Shown piece after piece: positions 1 to 9,530 of a stretch of DNA of 64,000 nt. Under the pieces are notes generated by a model, which saw only the letters and a program-made list of their open reading frames with translations, had not been told where the DNA came from and made no database searches. Position 1 is the first letter of the stretch. Every line of letters begins with the position of its first letter. Made by a program: the position numbers and the translations under genes. Source of the stretch: Actinomycetota bacterium (GTDB taxonomy: Bacteria > Actinomycetota > Aquicultoria > CAJVYJ01 > JAUVQD01); NCBI GenBank assembly GCA_030679975.1, contig JAUXSL010000027.1, positions 11,447 through 75,446 on the forward strand, written 5' to 3'.

Positions 1-734
1 CATCCCCACCGCGTCGTATCGCCTGCGTCTATCTTGGTCTCGCAAAATTGTTTAAGCAAGCTTTCCTTTAGCGCGAAAGTATCGTCGCTAAATTTAATGA
101 AATCTATCTTAAGATCCACCACTAACCGGGAAAATTCACTATATATATTTTCCGCGCTCCGAAAACGCACCTTCCTCGACCAGACTGATCGGCTGGCGCA
201 AAAAGTACAGCGGTATGGACAACCCCTGCTCGCCAGAATGCTGGCGATTCTAAAACCGTTGTCCCTGAAAGCCTCGGCTATGTTCCGCTCTTGCTTGATA
301 AAGAGGCGGTCGGGGAAGGGCAGGGCATCGAGATCGCTGATGTAGTGTTTCTGCAAGATAGGCCGATGATCGCCTTGTAGGAAATCGAGAAACGCCGCCT
401 CTCCCTCACCAACGACAACAGTGTCGACCAAGCCGGTTTCGAGAACTTCATCGGGTAAGGCCGAGGGATGGACCCCGCCAAAAACAACCTTGTTTTTACT
501 GGTTTTGATCTTGGCTGCCAGCTCAAGGGCATGCTTCATCTGCGGAGAGGTGCACGAAAAAGCCACGACATCCGCTCTGCGACCGGCCGCGATCATCTCA
601 TCATCGTTATCGAAGAAGCCGCTGTAGAATTCAAGATCATCAAATCCGTGGCTGCGTATATAAGCAGCGATATAGCCGATGTTCAGCGCTTCCCAGGTAT
701 GAAAGGTTCGCGGCTGAATAAAGACGATTTTCAC
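1..734 (-). CDS. B12-binding radical SAM enzyme; 5' part only, C-terminus lies beyond the window
   Basis: Minus-strand translation gives VKIVFIQPRTFHTWEALNIGYIAAY...SRGCPYRCTFCAS. This combines a cobalamin-binding-like N-domain with a CxxxCxxC radical SAM motif. A GTG start overlaps the GT2 stop as GTGA, suggesting translational coupling. The plus-strand ORFs 34..345 and 468..851 are antisense artefacts. Confidence 0.6.
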   Translation of the reverse strand, partial: MKIVFIQPRTFHTWEALNIGYIAAYIRSHGFDDLEFYSGFFDNDDEMIAAGRRADVVAFSCTSPQMKHALELAAKIKTSKNKVVFGGVHPSALPDEVLETGLVDTVVVGEGEAAFLDFLQGDHRPILQKHYISDLDALPFPDRLFIKQERNIAEAFRDNGFRIASILASRGCPYRCTFCASRSVWSRKVRFRSAENIYSEFSRLVVDLKIDFIKFSDDTFALKESLLKQFCETKIDAGDTTRWG

Positions 735-1828
735 CGGATATTCTCTTTCTGCCTCTGCGGTTTCTTTATTGAGCCCGGCCCAGCCGCCATTGGCCGCCAG
801 GCGCCTGGGATTAAGGCTTCAATAAGGCCGGTTGCCGAACCGATGCCGTAGCTCAAATGCATTAGCAAGAAAAGCATAGGCAAAATCGGGAAGAAGCGCC
901 AGCCCCCATTTCGCCTGGCGCCAACAATGCCGGTGAGCGCGGCCGCCAAATACGCCAGTCCGATGGCCAAGAGGAGTTCCGGCCTGCCAAAGAAAGCCAG
1001 GATTGCTGCCACAGCCAGGGCTGAGACTAATGTCAGGGGCGCGAGATGGCGCCAAGCTAGCCGACGACGGCCGACTAGGCGCACCATGCGGATGTTCCAA
1101 AGTCCGTTCCTGAACGCTTGGCGACAGAACTTACGCAGAGTGTTTGGCGCATAGTAGTATGAATTTATTTTTGGGGTCAGAAGAATCTTGCCGCCCTGCC
1201 GCCTTAAGCGCCAATGAAAGTCATTGTCTTCATTACGGACAAGTCGCTCATCGAACTGTCCGATTTTTTCGAACACAGCTCGGCGGTAGACCGCAAACGG
1301 CACTGTGTCGACCAGCAGTTCCCTGTTGCTGATTCTAAAACTAGAGTTGCCGACGCCGAAGGGAGAGCAAAGGACCGATGAGATTGCGCCTGCCAAATAT
1401 CCGGCTCCGATGGTTTTCATGGTGCCGCCGACACAATCGATCTCTTCCCGATCCCGAAGAAGGCCAACTGCTCGTTCAATATAGTCGGCATCTAAATAGC
1501 TGTGAGAATCGACCATTCCGATATATTGTCCAGTCGCCAAAGATAAGCCAATATTTCTGGCCGCCGGAACAATTCTTGCGGCGTTTTGTGCCAAGCTGAA
1601 GTTCCGGTAATTGTCGATAAAGTCTTTGGCGATAGCGACGGAGCCGTCATCGCTTATCCCGTCAACGATGATAATCTTCAGCTTTTCTGCCGGGTAGGTC
1701 TGTTTCGCAAGCGATTCAAGGCATTGATGGATATAAAGCTTATCATTTCTTAAAGGCACGATGACTGAAACTGTAGCGAAGTCCCGACCATTGAAATCCA
1801 ACTCTGCCTCACTTCTTGGCATAATCAT
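731..1828 (-). CDS. Family 2 glycosyltransferase with C-terminal transmembrane segments
   Basis: The VSVIVPLRNDKLYIHQCLESLAKQTYP...IIVDGISDDGS stretch matches a GT2 Rossmann and DXD region. The C-terminal 100 aa are hydrophobic. Confidence 0.8.
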   Translation of the reverse strand: MIMPRSEAELDFNGRDFATVSVIVPLRNDKLYIHQCLESLAKQTYPAEKLKIIIVDGISDDGSVAIAKDFIDNYRNFSLAQNAARIVPAARNIGLSLATGQYIGMVDSHSYLDADYIERAVGLLRDREEIDCVGGTMKTIGAGYLAGAISSVLCSPFGVGNSSFRISNRELLVDTVPFAVYRRAVFEKIGQFDERLVRNEDNDFHWRLRRQGGKILLTPKINSYYYAPNTLRKFCRQAFRNGLWNIRMVRLVGRRRLAWRHLAPLTLVSALAVAAILAFFGRPELLLAIGLAYLAAALTGIVGARRNGGWRFFPILPMLFLLMHLSYGIGSATGLIEALIPGAWRPMAAGPGSIKKPQRQKENIR

Positions 1829-2922
1829 AGCTTACCTAACAACTTGCGCACAATCTTAGCAGCGCTTTGTCCGTCACCGTAGGGGTTCGATTCTCGGCCT
1901 CGATCGGCGTTCAAGCTCTCGGTTAGCGCCAGGCTGACAGCCGTTGTCGATTTGGGCGGCGCCAGCTTGTTCCAGCCCAATTCCACGAGCTCAACCCACT
2001 CAGTCTCATCTCGCAGAGTCACACAGGGAACGCGATAAAAGAAGGCCTCTTTTTGCAGACCACCTGAATCAGTCGCGATTATTCTGGCATTCTTAAGCAG
2101 CATAATCATATCCAAATATCCGATCGGCTCGATCAGGCGCAAGCAGCTGGATGCCGATGCATATGAACTCAGCTTGCCTGCCAAGGCTTTTTGGGTGCGG
2201 GGATGGACCGGTATTATAACCGGGATGTTCTCTTGTCGGGAGAAGGCGCTCAGGCCTTCAAGGATTGCCTGTAGTCTGGCAATATTGTCAGTGTTTTCCG
2301 CTCTATGAACCGTGGCTATCATGTAGCCGCGCGGCTCGATATGCAAGCGGTTCAGTATTTGACTTTTTGTCCCGGCCTTGGCCTCGAAATAAAGCGCGGC
2401 GTCAAACATTACGTCGCCGACCACAAGGATTCGTTCCTCGGCCACACCTTCTCGAAGCAATTGTTCCATTGCCGTTGTCGTGGGCGCGAAGAGAAGGTCC
2501 GCCGCATGGTCGGTAAGTACCCGGTTGATTTCCTCCGGCATTCGATGGTTGAAAGAACGTAGCCCGGCTTCTACGTGTCCCACGGGTATGCCTAGTTTGA
2601 CGGCGGCGAGAGCGCCGGCGAGCGTCGAGTTTGTGTCACCGTAGACAAGGACCCAATCCGGGTCGATCTTTACCAGGACTTCTTCAATGGCTTCAATCAT
2701 CCGGCCGGTTTGAGCGCCCTGTCTTCCCGAACCGATGCCCAAATGGAAGTCCGGTTGGGGTATCTCTAATTCAGTAAAAAATATTTGGGAAAGGCCTTCA
2801 TTGTAGTGCTGGCCTGTATGGATAAGAATTTCTTGTGCGCCGGGTGCTGAAGCAAGAGCGCGGGAAACCATCGCGGCCTTAATAAACTGTGGTCTGGCGC
2901 CGACAATAGTTGCTATCTTCAT
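1825..2922 (-). CDS. wecB: UDP-N-acetylglucosamine 2-epimerase (non-hydrolysing), WecB/WbpI-like
   Basis: The N-terminus is MKIATIVGARPQFIKAAMV. Conserved HVEAGLRS and GDTNSTLAGALAA segments are present. Length is 365 aa, typical for this family. Confidence 0.85.
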   Translation of the reverse strand: MKIATIVGARPQFIKAAMVSRALASAPGAQEILIHTGQHYNEGLSQIFFTELEIPQPDFHLGIGSGRQGAQTGRMIEAIEEVLVKIDPDWVLVYGDTNSTLAGALAAVKLGIPVGHVEAGLRSFNHRMPEEINRVLTDHAADLLFAPTTTAMEQLLREGVAEERILVVGDVMFDAALYFEAKAGTKSQILNRLHIEPRGYMIATVHRAENTDNIARLQAILEGLSAFSRQENIPVIIPVHPRTQKALAGKLSSYASASSCLRLIEPIGYLDMIMLLKNARIIATDSGGLQKEAFFYRVPCVTLRDETEWVELVELGWNKLAPPKSTTAVSLALTESLNADRGRESNPYGDGQSAAKIVRKLLGKL

Positions 2923-4046
2923 GGCGCCAGCCTGTCAGCGTAAAAGTCAAGGAGTTTTTGCGATTCAATCGCCCAATTATACCGTGTGCGAATAGCGTTA
3001 AGGCCACGCTGCCCCATATTCAGTGCCTCTTGCGGATCTTCCAATAGGTCTCTGATGGCCCGAGATATGGCCTTAGGATCTAAGGAGTCAACCACCAAGC
3101 CACAGCCTGTTCCCATAACGATTTCTCGCCAGAGCGGGAAATTCGAGGCGATTACGGGAAGGCCGACGGACATATATTCAAAAAGCTTGTTTGGTTGTGA
3201 CTCGATGTGGTTTGCTTCAGGGTAAAATAGCACCAGCCCGATTCGACTTTGGCCTAAAAGATTCGCAACCTTCTCGCGGCTTTGATAACCGATAAAATCC
3301 ACTCGCTTGAAATCGGCTGATTTGCGCGTCTCAGTCTCTAGTCCGGGGGGGCAAAAATCGCCGGCCATTGCCAACCTGGCGTTTAGCGCCTCGGGCAGCA
3401 TGTCGATAGCCTGGATGATTTCGTTTACGCATCTAATAATGCTGATTCCACCAACATAAGTAATGAGGTGCGGTCGTTCTAAGTAAGGGCTTGATTTGGC
3501 GGGTTGAAGTTCGCCAAGGATAGGCATATTTTGCACGATCACAGTCTTTTTGTGGGGAAATCTTCGAGCAATTGCCGGGGTTGCGGCCACGACTCCGTCG
3601 AACGCCTTTACGCCCATGGTTTCCATAAGACCGACAGCCTTAGCGACCGGCCGCCTCAGCCAACGCGGTATCCAATATTTGCTCAGAATATCTTTTGGCA
3701 CGTCCTCATGGACATCATAAACGGTTTTAGCTCTTGAAATTATTCTTAGGAAAATAGTTGGAATAACTAGTTCGGGATCGTGAATGTGGTATATATCGGC
3801 ACGTTGGGCCAGAGCCAGCCTTATGGGCCGCCAGAGATTCCAAAATCGATCGATTCGACTCTTGGGTTCCGGGAGGGCTTTTATTTTGACGCCGCCGATG
3901 GTTTGATTTCGATCGTGGGGGGCGATTAAGGTCACGTCATAGCCGGATCGAGCCAATTCGGCGGCTTCTTTGTGAAAGATGCGAACGTCAAAAGCAGGGT
4001 GAACAGAGGTTATGTGAACTATTTTTGGCATAGCTGCGGCTAACAT
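2919..4046 (-). CDS. Family 4 glycosyltransferase
   Basis: GT-B fold, with a C-terminal EX7E-like region (GLPVIASNFPLWREIV). Overlaps neighbours by 4 nt in operon style. Confidence 0.8.
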   Translation of the reverse strand: MLAAAMPKIVHITSVHPAFDVRIFHKEAAELARSGYDVTLIAPHDRNQTIGGVKIKALPEPKSRIDRFWNLWRPIRLALAQRADIYHIHDPELVIPTIFLRIISRAKTVYDVHEDVPKDILSKYWIPRWLRRPVAKAVGLMETMGVKAFDGVVAATPAIARRFPHKKTVIVQNMPILGELQPAKSSPYLERPHLITYVGGISIIRCVNEIIQAIDMLPEALNARLAMAGDFCPPGLETETRKSADFKRVDFIGYQSREKVANLLGQSRIGLVLFYPEANHIESQPNKLFEYMSVGLPVIASNFPLWREIVMGTGCGLVVDSLDPKAISRAIRDLLEDPQEALNMGQRGLNAIRTRYNWAIESQKLLDFYADRLAP

Positions 4047-6004
4047 GATAGACGAATGTTATGTTTCGCGCCTATAGCGCCTGGAATCGCCTGATCGATA
4101 AACTGTCGAAACCAGAGTTCGGTTGTGATGAGGCGCCATATTTCCCAGCTAAGATCCAGTTGGCCGCCGGCATGTTTTTTCAAGCTTTGTTCAAGAACCC
4201 GATGATCGAATATGCGGCGCTTTCTGCACTCGCTTGAGAGCAGTATTTCTTTGGCTTGACGACACTCGTCTTCACGCAACCATTTATTAAAAGGCGTCGG
4301 GTAACCTTTTTTATCGGAACGATTAACTATCTGTTCCGGAAGAATGCCGGTCAGCGACCGTCTCAAAATAGACTTGGTTGTGGCGCGATCGATCTTTTGG
4401 GTATAGGGCAGTCCCAGGCAAAATTCAACCAACCGGTAGTCGAGAAATGGGGTCCGTGCTTCAATGGAAAACGCCATGCTGTTCCTGTCTTCATACCTTA
4501 AGAGGGCGGGTATGCTGCTAACGGTTAAATCATCATAGAGCATCGTATCCAGTAAGCTATCCAATTTTCGCCGCCTCTTTGGCCGACTTCCGTTGGCTTT
4601 CGCCTGGTCTGCAAACTCAGGGTGTAAAGTGCCATAGCGGCATTGAGCTGTTCCGCTTAGCGCTATTGATAGATTAGCCAAACCCGGCAAAGGCGAACTC
4701 ATCGAGTATCTCAATAGTTGTTTAAGGAACAGCTTGGTCAGCCGCTGTAATTGGAATTGTCCGGTTAGGCCGCGAATTCCGCGCTTGCCCTCAAAGAACA
4801 AGCTTAAAAACTTACTATCTCTTGTTTTGGTCCAACTAGACAGCAAAGAAAATAAATAATGATCGAAATAGCTGAAGTAGCCGCCAAGCAGCTCGTCGCC
4901 CCCCTGGCCGTCTAAGAGCACCTTAACTTTGCCGTGGGCCTCTTGCATGACAAGCCATTGAGAATAAAGCCCCGGGGCGGCGCTGGGTTCGTTTTGAAAA
5001 CAAACGATCTTAGATAGTACGTCAAAAAGGTCATCGGCTCGTGGGTAAACCGGAAAAGGCTGTGTGTTAAATCGGCCGTTCATTATATTTACGTATGAAC
5101 TTTCATCACAGTCAGGGTCGGCATAAAGCGCGGAAAATGTTTTGATGGGAAGATGGACTTCTTGACTCATCAAAGCGACGATGGAAGATGAGTCAAGGCC
5201 ACCGCTTAAACAAGTGCCTATTGGGACGTCACTGCGCAACCTTAGCCGAACGGCGTCTTTTAGTAATTCCCGGAATGTTTCTTCAGGTGCGGAATAATCA
5301 TAGGTTTGATTGACGCTCTCGCGATTGTAATCCCAATGCTTCCAGGTTTTATACTCGCCCCGCTTATTGACGGTCATTGAATGGGCCGGCGCTAAAGATT
5401 TTATCTTGGCGAAAAATGTCTCATCGTTGTAATTAGGTACGCCGGTTGTAAGAAAACGGTATAAATAAGGCTCATTGGTTGATCGCAGTTCTGGAAACCG
5501 GGCCAGGATAGGCTTGATTTCCGACGAAAAACAGATCACTTCTTTATTAAGATAATAGTGGAGCGGTTTTACGCCAAAGCGGTCTCGGGACAAGAAAAGG
5601 CGTTGTTTGGTTTCGTCCCAGACGGCAAAGGCCCACATACCGTTAAAGCGCTGCACGCAGTCGGTGCCGTATTCTTCGTAAGCGTGGATGATTATTTCGG
5701 AATCCGCATGGGACTTGAACTTGTGACCCTTTGCTTCAAGTTCGGGGATAAGTTCTAAATAGTTATAGATTTCGCCGTTAAAAGTCAGCCAAATGGTCCC
5801 GTTTTCATTGCTCATCGGTTGATACGCAGCCGAAGAGAGATCAATGATACTTAACCGTCGGTGCCCAAGGCCAATATTGTTTTTGACAAAAAAACCCTCG
5901 TCATCAGGTCCCCGGTGTTCCATTAAATCGCACATTGCTCGCAGCTCGTTAATGTTTACGGGACGGCCGGCCTCGAACCACAGTAAACCGGCTATTCCAC
6001 ACAT
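4040..6004 (-). CDS. asnB: Asparagine synthase (glutamine-hydrolysing)-like amidotransferase, WbpS-like
   Basis: MCGIAGLL N-terminal nucleophile start, a glutaminase domain, and the SGGLDSS PP-loop motif. Located inside the glycan locus. Confidence 0.85.
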   Translation of the reverse strand: MCGIAGLLWFEAGRPVNINELRAMCDLMEHRGPDDEGFFVKNNIGLGHRRLSIIDLSSAAYQPMSNENGTIWLTFNGEIYNYLELIPELEAKGHKFKSHADSEIIIHAYEEYGTDCVQRFNGMWAFAVWDETKQRLFLSRDRFGVKPLHYYLNKEVICFSSEIKPILARFPELRSTNEPYLYRFLTTGVPNYNDETFFAKIKSLAPAHSMTVNKRGEYKTWKHWDYNRESVNQTYDYSAPEETFRELLKDAVRLRLRSDVPIGTCLSGGLDSSSIVALMSQEVHLPIKTFSALYADPDCDESSYVNIMNGRFNTQPFPVYPRADDLFDVLSKIVCFQNEPSAAPGLYSQWLVMQEAHGKVKVLLDGQGGDELLGGYFSYFDHYLFSLLSSWTKTRDSKFLSLFFEGKRGIRGLTGQFQLQRLTKLFLKQLLRYSMSSPLPGLANLSIALSGTAQCRYGTLHPEFADQAKANGSRPKRRRKLDSLLDTMLYDDLTVSSIPALLRYEDRNSMAFSIEARTPFLDYRLVEFCLGLPYTQKIDRATTKSILRRSLTGILPEQIVNRSDKKGYPTPFNKWLREDECRQAKEILLSSECRKRRIFDHRVLEQSLKKHAGGQLDLSWEIWRLITTELWFRQFIDQAIPGAIGAKHNIRLSC

Positions 6005-7248
6005 TGTTCGATATCCGTTTCTTGTCCATGCTCAGTGGAGCGATTGTCGGGTTTTTGAACCAGTTCACTATATAATGTAATGAGCTTGTCCGCGACCGAG
6101 TTCCAGGAATACTTGGCCGCATGTTTGAGTATTGCCGAACTATCCCAAGAATGGTTTAATGCCTCAATAACCGCGTTCGCTAGTTGTCCAACATCACCGG
6201 GGCTAACTAAAAGACCGATCCTTGAGTCGGTTATCAATTCGGGAGTGCCGCCAACCCTAGAGGCCACAATCGGCTTACCGCAAGATATAGCCTCTATCAA
6301 CGCTGTCGGTAGTCCCTCCATTAAGCTGGGAAGCACTACCAAATCGGCCGCGTTAAACCAGAGCGGCAGTTCTTCGTGCGGGCGGGCGCCCACAAGGACG
6401 GCACTGTCGTTGATTCCCAGAGAGTCGCGCAACCGGCGAAGTTTGGGCAAGAGGTGCCCGTGACCGACTATGTACAGGAGGGCATCGGGAACTGATCGCT
6501 TAATAATAGCAAAGGCCGCCAGGAGATTGTCCAGACCTTTAAGCTCGACCAGGTTGGCGACAGACAGGATAATGCGTTTTGGGCTCCCCGGTAGACCTAA
6601 GGCTTGCCGGCAGGAATTTGAGTTTCTCGGAAAAAAAACGGTCTCGTCGGCCCCGTTTGGAATAACCATCGTGCTGCTCTTGACAACGCCAAGTTTTCCC
6701 AGGTTCGACAGAAGCGACTTACTGACGGCGATGATGCGATCGCTATGCCTTACAGCTTCCATGACGGCATGTTTGTATATTCTGTTTCGCCAAGGAATAT
6801 CGTAAGCATCATAGCCATGGACGGTGATGATTAAGGGGACCCCAAATTGCTTAGCCAGCATGGCTGCCGCATAGCCGTCCGGAAAAAGCATATGGGCATG
6901 GATCACATCGAAGGGAGATGCTTCATTTCTTTGGTGCGACATTCTTTTTATCGCCAAGGGGAATGTCCACTTAGATAAATAATAAAGTTTTGGCAAAATA
7001 AAATACCGGGGAAAATAAACCGGCACATCATCAAGTTTGGAATTGCGCGGAATTTGTGAATAAGCGAAATACTTGGGCAAACCGCGCCAGGGCGGAGCCC
7101 AAGGGACGGGACAGACGACCGACACCTCGCATAAGCGGCTCAAGGCCCTGACTTGCCCGGCAACGAAGGTGCCGAGCACGGGGTCTTGGCTATTTGGAAA
7201 AAGATGAGATATCACTAAAACACGCATGGGGATCACCCTGGCTGGCAA
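5992..7248 (-). CDS. Family 4 glycosyltransferase
   Basis: GT4 C-terminal domain (LVLPSLMEGLPTALIEAISCGKPIVASRVGG). 418 aa. Confidence 0.8.
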   Translation of the reverse strand: MPARVIPMRVLVISHLFPNSQDPVLGTFVAGQVRALSRLCEVSVVCPVPWAPPWRGLPKYFAYSQIPRNSKLDDVPVYFPRYFILPKLYYLSKWTFPLAIKRMSHQRNEASPFDVIHAHMLFPDGYAAAMLAKQFGVPLIITVHGYDAYDIPWRNRIYKHAVMEAVRHSDRIIAVSKSLLSNLGKLGVVKSSTMVIPNGADETVFFPRNSNSCRQALGLPGSPKRIILSVANLVELKGLDNLLAAFAIIKRSVPDALLYIVGHGHLLPKLRRLRDSLGINDSAVLVGARPHEELPLWFNAADLVVLPSLMEGLPTALIEAISCGKPIVASRVGGTPELITDSRIGLLVSPGDVGQLANAVIEALNHSWDSSAILKHAAKYSWNSVADKLITLYSELVQKPDNRSTEHGQETDIEQCVE

Positions 7249-7335
7249 GACATCGCTGTTTATTGTACACGTCTACTATAAAATAACCAAACCGCGAATC
7301 GATCGATCGTCTCACTGGAAATGCTCCCCGACGTT

Positions 7336-7399
7336 GGGGTCAAATCTTTACTCTTGACTTTGCCTAACCAACCAAAGTCAAGAGTAAAGATTTGACCCC
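7336..7399. promoter_or_regulatory. Perfect 26-bp inverted repeat with a 12-nt spacer in a divergent promoter region
   Basis: GGGGTCAAATCTTTACTCTTGACTTT (7336-7361) is the exact reverse complement of 7374-7399. It lies between the divergent starts at 7248 and 7553. Confidence 0.4.
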
Positions 7400-7552
7400 A
7401 TTACAGGAACAAAAAGGTTTACTTGGTTCGCGGCATGTGCGTTAATTGGAATGGTCGTCAGAGGAGCGCCGGCTATCGCTTAGCGGTTAAGGCATCGGTA
7501 ATATTGGCGACGGGGAGGTCTTGGGATAGCGCGGAAAGAAAAACTGGCTATT

Positions 7553-8767
7553 TTGCTTCTGCTGGCTTTTGGTTTAGCCAAGGGAATTGTCTGGGCCGCC
7601 ATGGTGCCACAGGGGGAGGCGTACGATGAAACCGTCTATATTCAAGAGATTGCGATGGTCGCTCAGGAGCACAGGATTCCCGGCATCACAGGCCCAAGAC
7701 TGACCGGTCACACTCAACTCTACTCAGTAGCGGCTGCGCCCTTTTTTATTTTAGGTTCACCGTGGGGAGAGGCCGGCCGGATATTTAGCATCCGTTTTTT
7801 TGGTGTCTTGCTCTCCTTGGTAGTTGTCTATTTCGGATACGCTACAGCCGCGCTTGTTTTTCCCGGCAATAGATTTGTGCCGTTGGCAACGGCCACCTTC
7901 TTACTACTTCATCCAGGCTCTACATTTGTTATGAGTTCGATTAACAGCGACACTTTGCTAAATGCCTTCGCGGCTCTGTTCTTTTGGCAAAGCGCTCTGT
8001 TAGTTAGGTTCGAAATAAGCTTGAAGAGAGTTGCTCTCCTTTTTCTTATAATAGCCGGGGGTTTATTGACAAAAGAACGGTTTTGGTTTGCCGTCGCTCT
8101 GCTGGGGATTCTCGGCTTTGTAGTCGCCATAAGGGCTATACTCAGACGCCGGACCAGTACCGATAAGCAAGGATTCGGGGGTTTTCCGATAGCGGCACTA
8201 CTCCTTGTTGCCCTGCCTCTGTTATTGTTTGGTTCTATTTTCAACAGACTTTTTGGATCAAAATTTCTAGGTGCCGTCAGACCCGTCATCAACCAGGCTA
8301 TGGATCCCGCCTTCAGGATCGACATGTTTAAGTATTTTTGGGGTTTCTTTAGTTGGCTCACTATCCCCATGACCGATCAGATATATAGGCTGTTGGCGCT
8401 TTTGGTCATTCTGGGAGTGCTCGGCTGTACCTATGCTTTAATTGGTTTTGTCAAGAAGATTGCTTCCGAGACAGATTCATCCAAATGGAATTCACTCAGA
8501 GTCGACACGCTGATTCTGTTGCCTTTTTTCGCTTTATCAACCGTTCTCATGTACTATGCGCTGGCCGCGTATCATTTTTACTCCGGCGGGGGCGAAGGTC
8601 GCTATCTTTTTGTCGTTCTGGTTCCCATATTTACACTTCTCTCTTGGGGTCTGAGTGAACTGGTCCCCGAAAGATTCTGGTCCCAGGCTTTTATGGGTCT
8701 GTTCGGCGCCATGTTCGCGCTGAACATGGTTGCTCTTTATAATTTTGTTATTCCTTACTATTACTAA
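7553..8767 (+). CDS. Polytopic membrane protein, possibly a GT-C-like glycosyltransferase or polymer-modifying enzyme
   Basis: About 10 predicted transmembrane helices, with a YDE motif in the first extracytoplasmic loop. It starts at TTG, and an internal ATG at 7601 is an alternative start. It sits on the opposite strand, embedded in the glycan locus. Confidence 0.45.
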   Translation: MLLLAFGLAKGIVWAAMVPQGEAYDETVYIQEIAMVAQEHRIPGITGPRLTGHTQLYSVAAAPFFILGSPWGEAGRIFSIRFFGVLLSLVVVYFGYATAALVFPGNRFVPLATATFLLLHPGSTFVMSSINSDTLLNAFAALFFWQSALLVRFEISLKRVALLFLIIAGGLLTKERFWFAVALLGILGFVVAIRAILRRRTSTDKQGFGGFPIAALLLVALPLLLFGSIFNRLFGSKFLGAVRPVINQAMDPAFRIDMFKYFWGFFSWLTIPMTDQIYRLLALLVILGVLGCTYALIGFVKKIASETDSSKWNSLRVDTLILLPFFALSTVLMYYALAAYHFYSGGGEGRYLFVVLVPIFTLLSWGLSELVPERFWSQAFMGLFGAMFALNMVALYNFVIPYYY

Positions 8768-8768
8768 A

Positions 8769-9530
8769 ATGAAAATAAAGATACTCTGCTTTATTTATAT
8801 TTTTATGATACTGATCGCGATCGGGTTTTCTCGACCGAGCGCGCTAATGGATGACCGTCAAATGAAGGGATGGGGGGTGACGTATCTTGCTGAGATCGCT
8901 GACGGCGCTAAAGTCAGCCAAACATTTGTCACCAAGCATGATAATCTAACCGGGATCGCGGTCTTGTCACAAAACTTTAGGCATGCTGTTTTTGGAGATC
9001 TGATCCTAACCGTATCCGAAGTTAAGGACACCGCCAACAAACGTCTTGTTGTTGGCAAAGAACTGACCAGGGTGATTAAGCCCGCTACCGGCACCACGAA
9101 CAACGCTGCGCTGACGTTTTGGTTTTCACCGATACATGTCAAGACCGGTAAGACATATGCCTTTACTTTGACCTCAACCTCACTGCGCGGCCAGGGCATC
9201 ACCGTTTGGTCGGCAAATTCAGATGTCTACAGAGGAGGCAGAGGGTACTTTGAATACCGTGTCCAGACGGCTAGCGCGGTTGTGCAGGGGCAAGGAAGAG
9301 AAGTTTCAAGAATAGTGACGGAGGATCCCGGTGATATCTTCTTTATAACCTATTACCATAAGCCGTTCTTCGCGGCAATTAGAGGACTATTTCATGCAGC
9401 GGGGGCATTGCCGTTGGCGCCCATATTCGTTGTTATTCCAGCCTTTCTTGCGGCGGTCTGCTTGGCCGCGCTGGCGCTGGCGGGATCGATCGATTTGTTA
9501 GTTAGCGACCATCCGTCTCTTTATCCGTGA
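8769..9530 (+). CDS. Hypothetical exported or membrane-anchored protein
   Basis: The ATG lies 1 nt after the upstream stop. It has an N-terminal transmembrane or signal segment, a beta-rich middle and a C-terminal hydrophobic anchor. I recognise no family. Confidence 0.4.
   Translation: MKIKILCFIYIFMILIAIGFSRPSALMDDRQMKGWGVTYLAEIADGAKVSQTFVTKHDNLTGIAVLSQNFRHAVFGDLILTVSEVKDTANKRLVVGKELTRVIKPATGTTNNAALTFWFSPIHVKTGKTYAFTLTSTSLRGQGITVWSANSDVYRGGRGYFEYRVQTASAVVQGQGREVSRIVTEDPGDIFFITYYHKPFFAAIRGLFHAAGALPLAPIFVVIPAFLAAVCLAALALAGSIDLLVSDHPSLYP

Noticed and set aside
34-851. Plus-strand ORFs 34..345 and 468..851 from the ORF track
   Set aside because: They lie antisense to a clearly recognisable minus-strand B12-binding radical SAM coding sequence, which has a CxxxCxxC motif and coherent domain order. 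They have no family resemblance.
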